In this document: one piece after another, positions 37,557-50,718 of the stretch
Layout: every line of letters begins with the position of its first letter
Numbering within the stretch: position 1 is the first letter of the stretch
The notes under the pieces: model-generated
What the model was told of the DNA's origin: nothing
What the model saw: the letters and a program-made list of their open reading frames with translations, nothing else
Database searches by the model: none
Position numbers and translations under genes: made by a program
NCBI GenBank assembly: GCA_964016885.1
Contig: OZ024756.1
Coordinates: 19,096,001 to 19,160,000 of the forward strand
Length of the DNA stretch: 64,000 nucleotides
Direction: 5' to 3'
Source: Eledone cirrhosa
Taxonomy: Eukaryota

Positions 37557-38312
37557 GTATGTCAAAAATAAAAAAACAAACATTTAGCATTTAAACTGGC
37601 TGTATCCTCTTACTGTTCAAACTGGCTGTAACTGGCCACTCATACTGATGTAAAGGTATTGTTCTCACAATAAATAATATCAAAATCTCATAGATTCGAT
37701 ATATGAGGTAAAGCCTTTACTGTGAAAATATAATAGTAAATATAGCGTAATGTAAATGCTAAAGGTCATAAAAAAATGTTTACAATAGTTTTGGAGTGAC
37801 CTACCTGATAAACACACCCAGTACACTCTGTAAAGTGGCTGGTGGTAGGAAGGTTATCCAGCTGTAGAAAACCTGTCAAACATAGGAGCTGAGCTACTCT
37901 TTAGCTGTGTTGTAGACATGACAACCTTCCTTGTGTTGGGGATTTACATGATAAAATGCACCCAGTACACTCTGTAAAGTGGTTGGTGATAGGAAGGATA
38001 TCCAGCTGTAGAAAACCTGCCAAACAAAGGGGTAGGAAGACTCTTTAGCTGTGTCAAAGACATGGCAACCGCCCTAGTGCTGGTCTTGTGATGAATTGCA
38101 TTCAATAGAGTGTAGGATCATATATAAGGGAGTATCAGGCCCCTGGCCCATCTGAGCACTTGGTTGAGTACAGGAACATATGTAAGCGAGATTTTGGACC
38201 CCTGGTGCACCTGAAAGGTCAGTAGCTCTGCTTGAGTACCAACTCGATCTGTTGACAACCTGTACAACCTTTGCTAGCAAATGTGGGTTGATATGTTCTA
38301 CAAATTTAAATA

Positions 38313-38475
38313 CAGGTCAAATTCCGTTATAACGAATACCATTATAACAAATTTTTTTCAATCTCCAAGGTAATAGCAAACACTTGATTTGCTTTGGTCG
38401 ATCTCATTATAAAGAATTTTTCGTTACAAATTTTTTTTAGACCCCTTCAATTTCTTTATAACGAAATTTCACTAT
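38313..38475. mobile_element. pogo/Tigger-like MITE
   Basis: TA|CAGGTCAAATTCCGTTATAACGAA...TTATAACGAAATTTCACTA|TA, with internal TTATAAC repeats. Confidence 0.65.
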
Positions 38476-38519
38476 ATTGTCTTTTTCTTTTTTCGTCTTC
38501 TTTTCTTCTTTAATTGTAG

Positions 38520-38704
38520 CGCTGCATCAACGTGGCTGTATATCAACCCTTCAGGTATCCGAGGAATGCTGAATTGGATTAAAAAAGAATACAATTCTCC
38601 TGAAATATTTTTATCTGAAACCGGCTTTTCTGATAACTCAGGCACCTTAGAAGATGATGATCGTGTGAATTTCCTCAAATGTCACATTAATGAAGTGCTG
38701 AAGG
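38520..38704 (+). CDS. GH1 beta-glucosidase, coding exon 7 (nucleophile, IFLSETG)
   Basis: ttgtag|AASTWLYINPSGIRGMLNWIKKEYNSPEIFLSETGFSD...LEDDDRVNFLKCHINEVLK|gtaagt. Confidence 0.94.
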
Positions 38705-40399
38705 GTAAGTATTTCGTTCATACACACACTTTGATATGTGTGTAAGTATATTATTGAAAACATATTACCATATTTTAGGGGATATAAAATGCACTAGTAC
38801 ATAAAGAAATCAGTTGACAAGGTCCGTCCCAAACCTCATTCACTTACAGAGTGGGGGGGTGGAACTCATCAAATTGGACCAAGGAAACAATGTTTCCTTT
38901 AGTCTTTCCATTTCTGATACTATCTATTAGTCACAACTCCTGGTAGAAGGAGCAGTGTGACATAAAGTGTCTTACTCAAGGACATAAAACATTGCATGGT
39001 CTGGGAATCAAACTCTCAACCTCACAATTGTGAATCTAATTCTCTAACCACAGTGCCTCACTTATTCTGAAGTTGCAGTAGTATTTAAAAGGATTTTTTT
39101 TAAATGCTCCAAAAAAACTGTATTGTTCCAGACACAAAAGAGTTATTTTACACTGAATTGAAGCCTAAAAGTCTAAAGTTTGTCTTGAGCCCAGAGGCTA
39201 ACCAGACCAGTAGTTATCCCAGTTTCCATGGCATGAAGCGACTCACAGTACAAGATTTCCCCCTGCACAGGATGTCAGTCCATCGCAGAGTTAAGCCCGC
39301 AGTTATTGTTGGTACTCATTTTCAACTGAGTAAGCTGGAGTAATGTGAAATAAAGTGTTTTACACAAGAACACAACACAACACAGGAACCGAACCAATGA
39401 CATTATGATCGTAAGTCCAATACATTTACCACCAGGCCATCCATCTTCTGAATTAAAGTGATTACCCTAAATTTACAAATGATTTCATTCATGTCTATTA
39501 CCTATAAACGATTGGGGTTCCCGTTGTTGTTTTTATGAATTAGGGAGTAGCATATATAAGTATTTTTCTTGTAGAAAAAAAATCAATATTAGGTATTAAG
39601 ACTGTGAAAACCTGTGGCTGGAGCAAGGCACCAACCAGAACAGAGAGTGACCTGGTGGTGGAACAATACTGTGGACAGAGCCACTAAAGCCGTGAGGAGA
39701 CAGACATGGAAAGACTGGAAAAATGGGGGCAGCAAAAAACAATATCAGTTAGCTAAAAGGGAAGCTAGACAACAGGTATACATGACATGCTAAGAAACTT
39801 AACCCACTAGCATTTAAAACAGCCATATCCGGCCAGAATTCTGTCACCTCTTTCTGTTCAAGCCAGCTGTAACCGGCTGCTCATACTTATGTAAAGGTAT
39901 TATTCTCAAAATAAATAATATCAAGATCTCATAGATTCGATATTATGTGAGATGAAGCCTTTACCGTGAAAATATAATAGTAAATATAGAGTAATGTAAA
40001 TGCTAAAGGGCTAAAGCAGGAGGTTTGCCAATATCCTACAATGTGAGGATCAGAAGCATGAAGTGCCCAGCATATAAGAGAAGTTTCTAACTAAGTTTAT
40101 TGCAGGGATACATTGTACCTAATCTTAAGTTTTCTCTCTTTCTCTCGTTTCACTTTTCTTTGTTTCTCTCTCTCTCACTTTCCCTCCCTATCTCTCTTTC
40201 TTTCTCTTGTTTCACTTTCCTTTGTTTCTCTCTCTCTCACTTTCCCTCCCTATCTCTCTTTCTTTCTCTTGTTTCCCTTTCCTTTGTTTCTCTCCCTTTC
40301 CCTCCCTATATCTCTTTCCTTCTTTCCCTCCCTATCTTTCTGTCCCTCTCTGTCTCTCTATCTTTCGCCTTCTCTCTCTCTCTCTCTCTCCTCCTCTAG

Positions 40400-40602
40400 C
40401 TATAACACTGGATGATTGCAATGTAGTTGGCTTTACTGTTTGGTCACTTTTGGACAATTTTGAATGGAATTTTGGCTATTTAGAGAAATTTGGCCTGGTC
40501 AACGTTGACTTCAATGATGAGAGAAGAACACGTCAACCAAAGAAGTCCTATCATTACTATGCTGAATTAATAAAAAACAATGGATTTCTTAAAAAAACCT
40601 AA
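40400..40602 (+). CDS. GH1 beta-glucosidase, last coding exon
   Basis: ctctag|AITLDDCNVVGFTVWSLLDNFEWNFGYLEKFGL...NNGFLKKT*. The 8 exons sum to 1446 nt = 481 aa + stop with no frameshift. Confidence 0.96.
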
Positions 40603-40654
40603 CACTAAGTAGTCGAGACTTATCTAAAGAGCAGAATGTTCTAGACTTTCTAAA

Positions 40655-40709
40655 AATAAAATATTTTTGTGATACATCATATTTTTGTTAGCAGTACGAA
40701 ATTAATAAA
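40655..40709 (+). terminator. Candidate polyadenylation signals of the GH1 gene
   Basis: AATAAA at 40655-40660 and 40704-40709, shortly after the stop codon. Confidence 0.55.
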
Positions 40710-41139
40710 CTATTTTAAAAAACAATCATGTTGGTTTTCATCAGTCACATGTCATCAATCACACAGGAATATAGTGCTCCTATTCTAAACCAGATATTTG
40801 AATATATATATATATGAAAAGATTCAGGACCCCAATGGCTGAGTTCCGGCCTTTTCGACGGCTTGTTTGGATCTAGCTGTCGAAACGGCCAGAACTCAGC
40901 TGTCGGGGCCCTGAATCTTTTCATATTACCCACTCTACTACCCCTCTTTGTTATATATACAGGGCCTATGAGAGTGGGGTTCAGCCAGTACTTTGTTCCA
41001 GAGCCCAAGAGCTAAGAGGGCCCCAAAGCAACCATGCAACTTCCATTTTGAGAAAAATCTTTGCCTGCTTTGGACCCCAAAGGGGTCTTCTACCACCTTG
41101 CAAAATTTCTCTTTGAGACCCTTTGTATGTGTGTGTGTA

Positions 41140-41177
<38 letters not shown>

Positions 41178-41783
41178 TATACACTTCCACTGTTATTATT
41201 CTCTCCTAGTTTTAATAATTAATTAATTGAGAGCTCGAATTCAGTAAATGTTGAACGGAGTTAATTCTTTTGTTTACACTTTAAATTTGCCTGCCAAAAA
41301 CCCGGATGTGATTCTTCCTCTTTCCTTGAGAAAGAACACATGACAGCGCCGCAGTGAGTGATACTAGTCATTAACTGCGATGCTTGACACTGAGTTCTAG
41401 GCACAGAACAGAAACCTGTTGAAAACGTGAGTCTGCGTTCGATCTTCAAACAGTACAGACTTGCATATTGCGCAAGTTGGATTATTGATTTAAGATTCAC
41501 AGAAACCAATCGAGGATATTGTATAATATCTTTCAATACAGTTCAGGTTTGTTATTTAACGGATTGTATTTTCGTTGTTGTGGTGGCTTCTGTGGCTTTG
41601 TCCCCTTAACCACAGTTTTCAATTTGTCACGCCATTTAATGTATGTTTATTACTCTGAGATGTAACCTATCGATTTATCAATATCTTCTTATTGAGTGCT
41701 TCGTGCAAAGCTTCCGAAAATTGTCTTTTTGTGGATGCTGGCCAAATGCTGCAACTTCAATTTTACTCACTTCCAATCTTATA

Positions 41784-41825
<42 letters not shown>

Positions 41826-42622
41826 AAATTGAGACAGTAAACAAAAAACAAACATGGAAGCGAAGAGGCAGTACAAATATTATTAGTTTCACGCTTGATA
41901 TATATATATATATACACACACACACATTTCTATTCAGTGCTTGTCATTAATTAGTGACGTCATGTTTTGTTTTGTTTTATGATGTCTTTAATAAAGAAAA
42001 TATTATTTTAACCAACCCAACAGATCAAACCATCTTCACATTATTAACTTTCAAAACACTCAAACTAACTCCAATAAAATATTGCAATTAATTTCTTCTA
42101 CAAATTAAGAGACAAAAGATTTGAAATATTTTTTTTTTCTTTTTATTATCATTATCATTGTAGTATTGTTGTAGTTGTTGTTGTTGACAGAAAAAAGAAA
42201 GAATTGGAATAAAACAAAACGAGATTTCAAAAATGTTCAAAACAATGAACAGACTTGGAAGGAAAGAAAAGGTCAAGTAATTCTACACAGAAGTTCTTGT
42301 TGTCCAATGAGATGAGTGTTGTTAAATGACCGATGTGAGACCAGAATGGATTGAGTGATGTTAACCTTCAGTTAAGTAGAACTGATGTCTTAGGAGGACA
42401 AAGTGGAGAGTGGACATCAAACATTGACGTAGAAAAAAACGATCTTATGAATATGTTGTGCATGTGTGTGTGTGTGTCTGTGAGTATGTATGTGTGTTGA
42501 AAAACATATGCGAGAATGGATCTGTTTGCATGTATGCATATATTACACATGAATATATATATATATTGTATGTTTGAATATATATGTATACATGCACTCA
42601 CATGTGAGTAGGTCTGTGTGTG

Positions 42623-42673
<51 letters not shown>

Positions 42674-43289
42674 TTATGTATGTTCAGAATTATATATATA
42701 TCACCAGCTTGGGTTACTCACATAAATCACCAGCTTGGGTAACCCACATAAATCACCAGCTTGGGTTACCCACAGACATTACCCTCATAAAAACCCCTTC
42801 TGGATGGGCAATATACTTTTGATGTGTGTCTCAGGAGAATGGTTTCTCTTGGAGAAAGGCACAGCTGTATAGTAACATACGCAGACACTGACTGTGTCTG
42901 ATAAGGGAGAGAGAGGGGGGACTTGGTCGGGACAAGGGTTATGTGTGGTGTGTTCATGCCTTTCTCAAGGTGGTGACAGTGAAAAATGGAGATTGTGGTG
43001 TGATCATGCCTTTCTCAAGGTGATGGTGGAGATTAGAGTCTTTTTTTACTCTTGACACGCCATTGTTAATTTTGAAATTAATTAAAGAAACGGCTATTAT
43101 TAATTTTTAGAATATTGTGCATGTCGTGAATATGTGTGTGTGTATGTATGAGTTTGTGCTCCAGTCAGAAGGTTTAATTCATTAACGCAGCGGGGGTCGG
43201 GTAGGGTGAGGTGAGAAACGAAAAAGGAAAAGAAAAAAAAAGTGTAACATGTTTGTTGGAATAAAATTCCATTACTTGATTATGTTTAT

Positions 43290-43530
43290 AAATACACAGC
43301 AACAACAACAAATACAACAACAGTAACAACAGCAACAACAAATACGACAACAGCAACAACAGCAACAAATACGACAACAGTAACAACAGCAACACATACA
43401 ACAGCGGCAGCAACAACAACAACAACAAATACGACAACAGTAACAACAGCAACGAATACAACAGCAGCAGCAACAACAACAACAAATACAACAGCAACAA
43501 CAACAACAACAACAAGTACAACAACAAACA
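43290..43530. repeat. (CAA)n compound microsatellite
   Basis: Degenerate CAA/CAG repeat. Confidence 0.9.
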
Positions 43531-43599
43531 TTCCTAAGAAATGTGATGAATTAATGCGACAAAGATGAAAAATGATTTCTGAAGAAAATAATAAATAAA

Positions 43600-44640
43600 A
43601 ATAATTGTTTCTACTTTTGGCACAAGGTTATCAATTACCCAGTACATTACTGGTACTTTATTTTATCGACCCCGTAAGGATGAAAGGCAAAGTTAATCTC
43701 GGGAGGATTTGAACTCAGACCGCAAAGAGACGTAACTATGCTGGAAAGCATGGCGTCCGACCTTCTACCGATACTGCCAATCCACATAAAAATAATACTA
43801 ATGGTTTCTACTTTATGCACAAAGTATACAATTGGGGGGGGGGGGGAGTCGATTAAATCGACCTCAGTGAGTTACTGGAACTCAGAACATAAAGGGCCGT
43901 AACTTTATGCCGCGAAGCATGTTCACCGCTCTACCGATACTGGCAATCCACTGTCATCTAATAAGTTTGGAGGAAGGGGGGGGGGAATTCAAATTATATT
44001 GGTTTCTTATATAGGCACAAGGCCAGCAATTTCGGGAGAGGGGAAAGTCGATTAAATCGACCCCCCAGTGCGCCACTGGTACTTTATTTTATCGTCCCTG
44101 TAGGAATGAAAGTTGACCTCGATAGGTTTTGAACTCAGAACGTGAAGGATGTAACTCTAAGCCACACTGCAAGTTGTCCAACACTCTAACAGCTCTGCCA
44201 ATCTACTGCCCTTAATGGTTTTCAACTTAGGCACATGGCTAATAATGTTGGGGGGAGTGGAAAGTCGATTAAACCTTTAGCATTTAAACTGGCCATATCC
44301 AGCCAGAATTCTCTCATCTCTTTCTGTTCAAACCGGCTGTAACTGGCAACTTATACTGATGTGAAGGTATTGTTCTCAAAATAAATATCAAAATCTTATA
44401 CATTCGATATTATGTGAGATAAAGCCTTTACCATGAAAATATGACAGTAAATATAGAGTAATGTGAATGCTAAAGGGTTAAATCGACCTCAGTCAGTGAC
44501 TGAAGCTTTATTTTATCGACCTCATAAGGATGAAAGGCAAAGCTAACCTCAGCGAGATTAGAACTCAGAATGAATAGGGCCATAAGTAAGTGCAGCAAAG
44601 CATGTTGTCTGATGCTCTACCAATACAGATAATCCATCTG
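43600..44640 (-). mobile_element. SINE family A tandem cluster (4 copies, one split by a MITE)
   Basis: Repeated GGCACAAGG...GGTACTTTATTTTATCGAC...GAACTCAGA...CTGCCAATCCAC blocks. Confidence 0.85.
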
Positions 44641-44659
44641 AGGAGGAGGAAGGAATAAG

Positions 44660-45010
44660 GATGAGGAGGACAGTGATAATAATGATGATGGTGGTGATAA
44701 TGATGACAATGGTAGTAGTGATGATGGTGGTGATAATGATGACAATGGTAGTAGTGATGATGGTGGTGATAATGATGACAATGGTAGTAGTGATAATGGT
44801 GGTGATAATGGTAGTAGTGATGATGGTGGTGATAATGATGACAATGGTAGTAGTGATGATGGTGGTGATAATGATGACAATGGTAGTAGTGATGATGGTG
44901 GTGATAATGATGACAATGGTAGTAGTGATGATGGTGGTGATAATGATGACAATGGTAGTAGTGATGATGGTGGTGACAATGATGACAATGGTGGTAGTGA
45001 TGATGGTGAT
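44660..45010. repeat. 33-bp triplet-derived minisatellite
   Basis: GATGATGGTGGTGATAATGATGACAATGGTAGT-like units in tandem. Confidence 0.85.
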
Positions 45011-46507
45011 TTTTATCATTTGCACAAATCCACAATTTGTAGAAGAGTGAGGAGTATTGTTGATTTAATCAATCCTCTAGGACTTGACTTGGTACTTTAT
45101 TTTATCGACTTCGAAATGGTAAAAGGCAAAGTCATCCTTTGGTGACTTTGGAACTCAGAACATAAGAAAATACCACAAATAATTTTGACAAAACACTTTA
45201 CCAGTTCCATCATCCACCACTTTAATAGTAATAGTAATAATAGTGGCATGGCATGGTCTCATAACTCCTGATGAAGTTGTAGGGGCACCATACTGACATA
45301 TAACGTTTCTCGAGCAATTTTTCGACCTAAGCAGAGCCCATCTCTTTTCTAGGTCTGAACACAGCAGATTTCTTCCGGAGAAGGATAGAGAGAGTGAGAA
45401 AAAAGAAGTGAGAAAGAGATATAGAGGAAAAATCGACCCCAGTACTAGGCTGGTACTTTTTTTTTTTTTATCGATCTCCAAAGGATGAAAGACAAAATTG
45501 ACCTCGGCAAGATTTAAACTCCGAGAGTAGAAAGCCAAAACTAATACTGCAGAGCATTACATCTGACATTCTAATGACTCAGCCAATTCACCAATAATAG
45601 TTACAACAGATTAAAAAACACTTTCCCTGTCAGTAGACTTTAAAAACTTGTATATACATGAGTAATGTGCGTATATAACAGCATGTGAGAGAGGCAAGAA
45701 CAGGTAAAATAACAAACTACAAGTCTTTATTCATGTATATAAAGGGTTTCGAATTTTAGGTATAAATTTAAAAATTTGTAGATGTGGGGGCTGGAATCTG
45801 GGCCCAATAAGTGACTGTTACTTTATTTTATCGACCATCCCGGAAGGATGAAAGGCAAAGTTGACCTCAGTAGGATTTGAACTGAGAACGTAAAGATAAA
45901 TAACTAAATGCCACAAGACATTTTGTCCAACGTTCTACCAATATCAATCCACTGCACTTTTAATCATATATATATATATATATATAGGAAAAAGTATGAC
46001 CCCGACGGCAGAGCTCAAGCCGTTTCAACGGCTATTTCTTGAGTCCAGAAATAGCCGTCGAAACGGCTTGAGCTCTGCTGTCGGGGTCATACTATTTCCT
46101 ATTACCCACTCTACTACCCTAAGTACTGAGTACTCTGGTGCGTTATGCTTCATCTGGTTCCTTACCACATTTCCTTTGTTATATATATATATATATAAAT
46201 GAGTAAAATAACAGGAGGCTGAACTGGTGAAATTCCTTCAAAGATTTATTTCCTTTGAAGGAATTTCACCAGTCCAGCCTCCTGTCAATTTACTCATTAA
46301 CAATGAACTCCATTCTTGCACCACCAACAAGATTCAACATCAAAGATGGCTGAGTTGCATACTGTTGAGTGCTTTTCCTAATATTACATCATGGTTAACT
46401 ATACGGAATGACCAGTTCTATCCAGTGGTGAACCACCAAACTTAAATGAATATATATATATATATACGATATTAAACAAATGGAAACTATATTTATAAAA
46501 CCATATT

Positions 46508-46573
46508 TATTTCATTATACATATTTCAGGGATACCATATTAAAAATATGGCATGCCTTCGTCAGATAAAATA
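46508..46573 (-). ncRNA. Minimal type I hammerhead ribozyme motif, diverged relative
   Basis: Minus strand reads TATTTTAT CTGACGA AGGCATGCCATAT...ATATGGTATCCCT GAAA TATGTA TA ATGAAATA. Confidence 0.75.
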
Positions 46574-47292
46574 CAATATATAAACTGTTTTATAAATAAT
46601 TTTGACATACCATAAATATAAGCGACCATTAAGGTAGGAAGCTGGCTTGGTAGTGAGGTGTTTATAATTATTTAGTTATAGTGTTAAGCACAGTTAGAAA
46701 GAAAGACGGAGAGAAAGAGGAAATGTATGTAAAGAAAAACAGAAAGAAATAGAGAGAAATAGGGGAGAGAGAAAGAAGGAGGAGGTGAAAAAAGAGAGGC
46801 AACCGATGAATAATAATAATTCACCATACAAATAGAGAGATTTTGCATATATATATATATATATTTTGCATATATATATATATATATATATTATGTCGTT
46901 TGACGCTCTAACAATACTACCAATCCACTGTTTCTCAGCCTTTTAAGATCACAGTATAGTATCTTCCATTTTAATAATGGTTTCTGATTTAGGCACAGAG
47001 CCAACTATTTTTTTTTGGGGGGGAGGGGAACGTCAAGTAATCAACCTCAGTATATTACTGGTACTTAATTTTGTCGACCCTGAAAGTATGGGAACTCTAC
47101 AGTTATTAGAATTCAAAGACAGAGAGATTATACAATAAAAGCTATGAAGAATCCTCATAACTGACTTTGGGATATAAATGGTGAAACTGTTTATTTCAAG
47201 CCAAGAATGCTAGAAAATATCAAACAGGGAATATTCAAATACCACAGCCAGTGATACTAATGTATAAATCAATTAATATTTTTAATTTCGTT

Positions 47293-47725
47293 TTAACCCT
47301 TTAGCATTTAAACCGGCCACATCCGGCCAGAATTCTCTCACCACTTTCTGCCCAAACTGGCTGTAACTGGTCACTCATACTGATGTTTGCAAAATAAATA
47401 ACATCAAAATCTCATAGATTTGAAATTACATGAGATAAAGTGTTTACTGTGAAAATACAATAGTAAATATAGAGTAATGTAAATGCTAAAGGGTTAAAGT
47501 GTTGACATCATATAATTACCTAACCCTTTAGCATTTAAACCAGCCATATCCGGCCAGAATTCTCTCACCTCTTTCTGTTCAAACCGACTGCTCATACTTA
47601 TGTTAAGGTATTGTTCTCAAATTAAATAACATCAAAATCTCATAGATTTGATATTATGTGAGGTAAAGCTGTTACTGTGAAAATATAATAGTAAATATAG
47701 AGTAATGTAAATGCTAAAGGGTTAA
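47293..47725 (+). mobile_element. Two piggyBac-type MITEs (~200-225 bp family)
   Basis: TTAA|CCCTTTAGCATTTA...TAAATGCTAAAGGG|TTAA. Other copies at 760-983, ~5140-5354, 35689-35879, ~35937-36261, ~37580-37768, 39799-40014, 44269-44481, 59618-59846, 61326-61543 and 62813-63032. Confidence 0.88.
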
Positions 47726-48683
47726 TCATCAAAATACAATGTCTACAAATTTGGGAATTGGGATGGAGAAAAAAATATTGAATTCATAAAAATATATGTA
47801 ATTGAATGGTAGATAGTTAGAGGCATATATATGAGAATAAGTGAAATGAGTGAAGATGTAAATGAGCTTATATGAGCTAATACAGTGCTTATTATGAATA
47901 GGAATGGTTAAATGAAAGGAAGAGCTGCCATCTAAAACATTTGTTAGCAATGATGGCAACTTGTGAATAGTGTAAATAAAAATGAAAGGAGGTAGAATTA
48001 AGCTGAGTCAAAATGTATAAAATAGTACCCATATATATACATATATATATATATATATACATTTATTTGTTGTGCTCATAATTGTTCTGGCATTAATATA
48101 CTGGTTGGATGCCCTTCCTAACACCAGCACCACTTTACAGCATGGACTGGGTGCTTTTATTCGTGCCACCAGCACCAGAGAGGTTGTCTTATGGGACCCA
48201 GGTGCCCTCTCCACCCCATACTTTGACATGAGCTTTAATAGCTGAATGCTACTACCATTACCTCCATTTTACAGCATGGACCAGGCACTTTTATTCATGC
48301 CACCAGCACTAGGGAAGTCGTCTTACTGGACTTACGGGGTTTCTCCACCCCGCACCCAAATTATTTGGAGTGGTAGCTCTCCTAGACGAGTTGCCTACAC
48401 TATGGCTTACAGAGCATCTGTCCGGCCCATGACTGCTCTGAGCAGAACTAGGTTTAAGGTTCTATATGCATGAGGAAGTGGCAAGCATACAGCATCAGGC
48501 ATGTATACTGGAGGTGGGGTAGGTATGTGTGGTGGGAAATGGCGATTTCCTAACACAGCTTTATCGCATAAATACATACACATAAATATTGCCATTCTAT
48601 ATAAGAAATTACGTATATATATATATATATATATATATATCAATGATATTAATACATGGAAACTTTCTTTATAAAACCATATT

Positions 48684-48744
48684 TATTTTATTATATATAT
48701 TTCAAGGGTACCAAAATTTTGTTACGCTCTCATCAGATAAAATA
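48684..48744 (-). ncRNA. Minimal type I hammerhead ribozyme motif, inverted partner copy
   Basis: Reverse-complement copy of 48810-48870 with intact CTGATGA/GAAA core. Confidence 0.78.
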
Positions 48745-48809
48745 CAAAATGAACTTAAAACGATAAGTTCTTGGTTTTGGATATGTCAATATTTATAAAA
48801 CAATTTTTG

Positions 48810-48870
48810 TATTTTATCTGATGAGAGCGTACCAAAATGTTGGTACCCTTGAAATATATATAATAAAATA
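48810..48870 (+). ncRNA. Minimal type I hammerhead ribozyme motif (Penelope-like element)
   Basis: Stem I TATTTTAT/ATAAAATA, CTGATGA core, stem II GAGCGTACCAA...TTGGTACCCTT, GAAA, palindromic TATATA stem III, TA cleavage site. Confidence 0.8.
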
Positions 48871-49004
48871 AATATGGTTTTGTAAAGAAAGTTTCCATGT
48901 ATTAATATCATTGATATTATACTCCAGAAGAAATACTGTAGAGTGCTTCGAATCTGTTATAAATAAATTTGTTGAATAACCAACAAATTAAATATCGCTT
49001 TGCT

Positions 49005-49035
<31 letters not shown>

Positions 49036-49038
49036 ATA

Positions 49039-49070
<32 letters not shown>

Positions 49071-49556
49071 GTCACACATTCAACACGCATATATACAGCT
49101 ATATATAATCATACACATCAATATATATATATATATATATAAACATCTAAGGAAATCAGGAAATGGAAAATTCAACACTTATCTGCGCTCTATATCCAAC
49201 AACTCTAATGACCGATTTTTAAGTTGCATCTAATGATATATATATATATTGATGTGTATGATTATATATAGCTGTATATAGCTGAGTAAACTAGAGCAAC
49301 ATGAAATAAAGTGTCTTGCTCAAGGACTCAACACGTCACCCGGTCCGAGAATCGAACTCACAACCTGTCATGCACCATCATCATCATCATCGTTTAACGT
49401 CTATCTTCCATGCTACCATGGGTTTAGATGGAGATTGTCCCACTTGAGGCAAGATTGGTCGGGTGACCCTGTCCCGCTCGTATAGGACTGTCTGGCAGGT
49501 TTTCTACGGCTGGATGCCCTTCCTAACACCAACCACATTTACAGTGTGGACTGGGA

Positions 49557-49597
<41 letters not shown>

Positions 49598-49774
49598 ATG
49601 TGGTCGATGGCTGAGAGAAAAGAGTACTCAATACCGAAGTAGAGTTTTAATATCCATTTTATTAAGGCTAAATAGTGATCTTAAGTAATTAATCAATTAA
49701 GGCGCTGTTAATGAACCAACATGCACCAAGCATTCTGTTCTGTTCTTTCTTTTTTTTAATTTTAAACTAATTTT

Positions 49775-50488
49775 TGGCACAAGGCCAGTAACACGGCCAG
49801 TAGTCGATTATATATCGACTCTGGTATTTCACTGGTACTCTATTTCATCAACCATGGAAAGCTAACCTCGGTGTATTTGAACATAGAACATAAAGGGCCA
49901 CAACACTATACCGTAAAGCATGTTGTCCGACACTCTGCCGATACTGCCAAAATAATAATTGTTTCTACATTTGGCACAAGGACAGCAATTACCCAGTACA
50001 TTACTGGTACTTTATTTTATCGACCCCGTAAGGATGAAAGGCGAAGTTAACCTCGGCGGGATTTGAACTCAGAATGGCAAGGGCCGTAACTCTATATGTC
50101 AAAGCATGGCGTCCGACCCTCTACCGATACTGCCAAAATAATGGTTTCTTATATAGGCACAAGGCCAGTAATTTGGGGGGAGGGGAAAGTTGATTAAATT
50201 GACCCCAGTATGATGATGATGGTGACAATGATGATAATGATGATGATGATGACAATGATAATGATGATAATAATGATTTCTAGTATAGGCACAAGGCCAG
50301 TAATTTTGGGGGAGGGAAGTCGATTAAATCGACCGCAGTACGTTACTGGTATTTTATTATATCGACCCCGTAAGGATGAAAGGCAAAGTTAACCTCGGCG
50401 GGATTTGAACTCAGACCGTAAAGGGCTGTAACTCTAAGCTACAAAGCATGGCGTCCGACTCTCTACCGATACTGCCAATCCACCGCCT
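49775..50488 (-). mobile_element. SINE family A tandem cluster
   Basis: Three near-full copies and one fragment, head-to-tail. Confidence 0.85.
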
Positions 50489-50718
50489 TTGATGATGATG
50501 ATAATGATGATGATTATGATACACAAAGATGACCATTTTTTAAATTTTACCAATCCTCCCCCACCCGGGTCCTACCATTTTGACATACCTGGAATATTCC
50601 AGGTGATATTGAACCATTGATATGAACATAGCTTCAAATTTGGACCATTCTCATTCAAAGCCAAAATGAGAAATGATACTCTGAGTGAAAAAAAAAAATG
50701 TGAAGGCAACATCATTTC

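Noticed and set aside
44558-45050. His/Thr/Met-rich ORFs (also 31081-31586, 32445-33317, 43174-43531, 54137-55449)
   Set aside because: These are translations of microsatellites that are open in several frames and on both strands.
46198-46300. Hammerhead in the second palindromic element
   Set aside because: Only CTGGTGA and a partial stem are present; no GAAA box or cleavage site.
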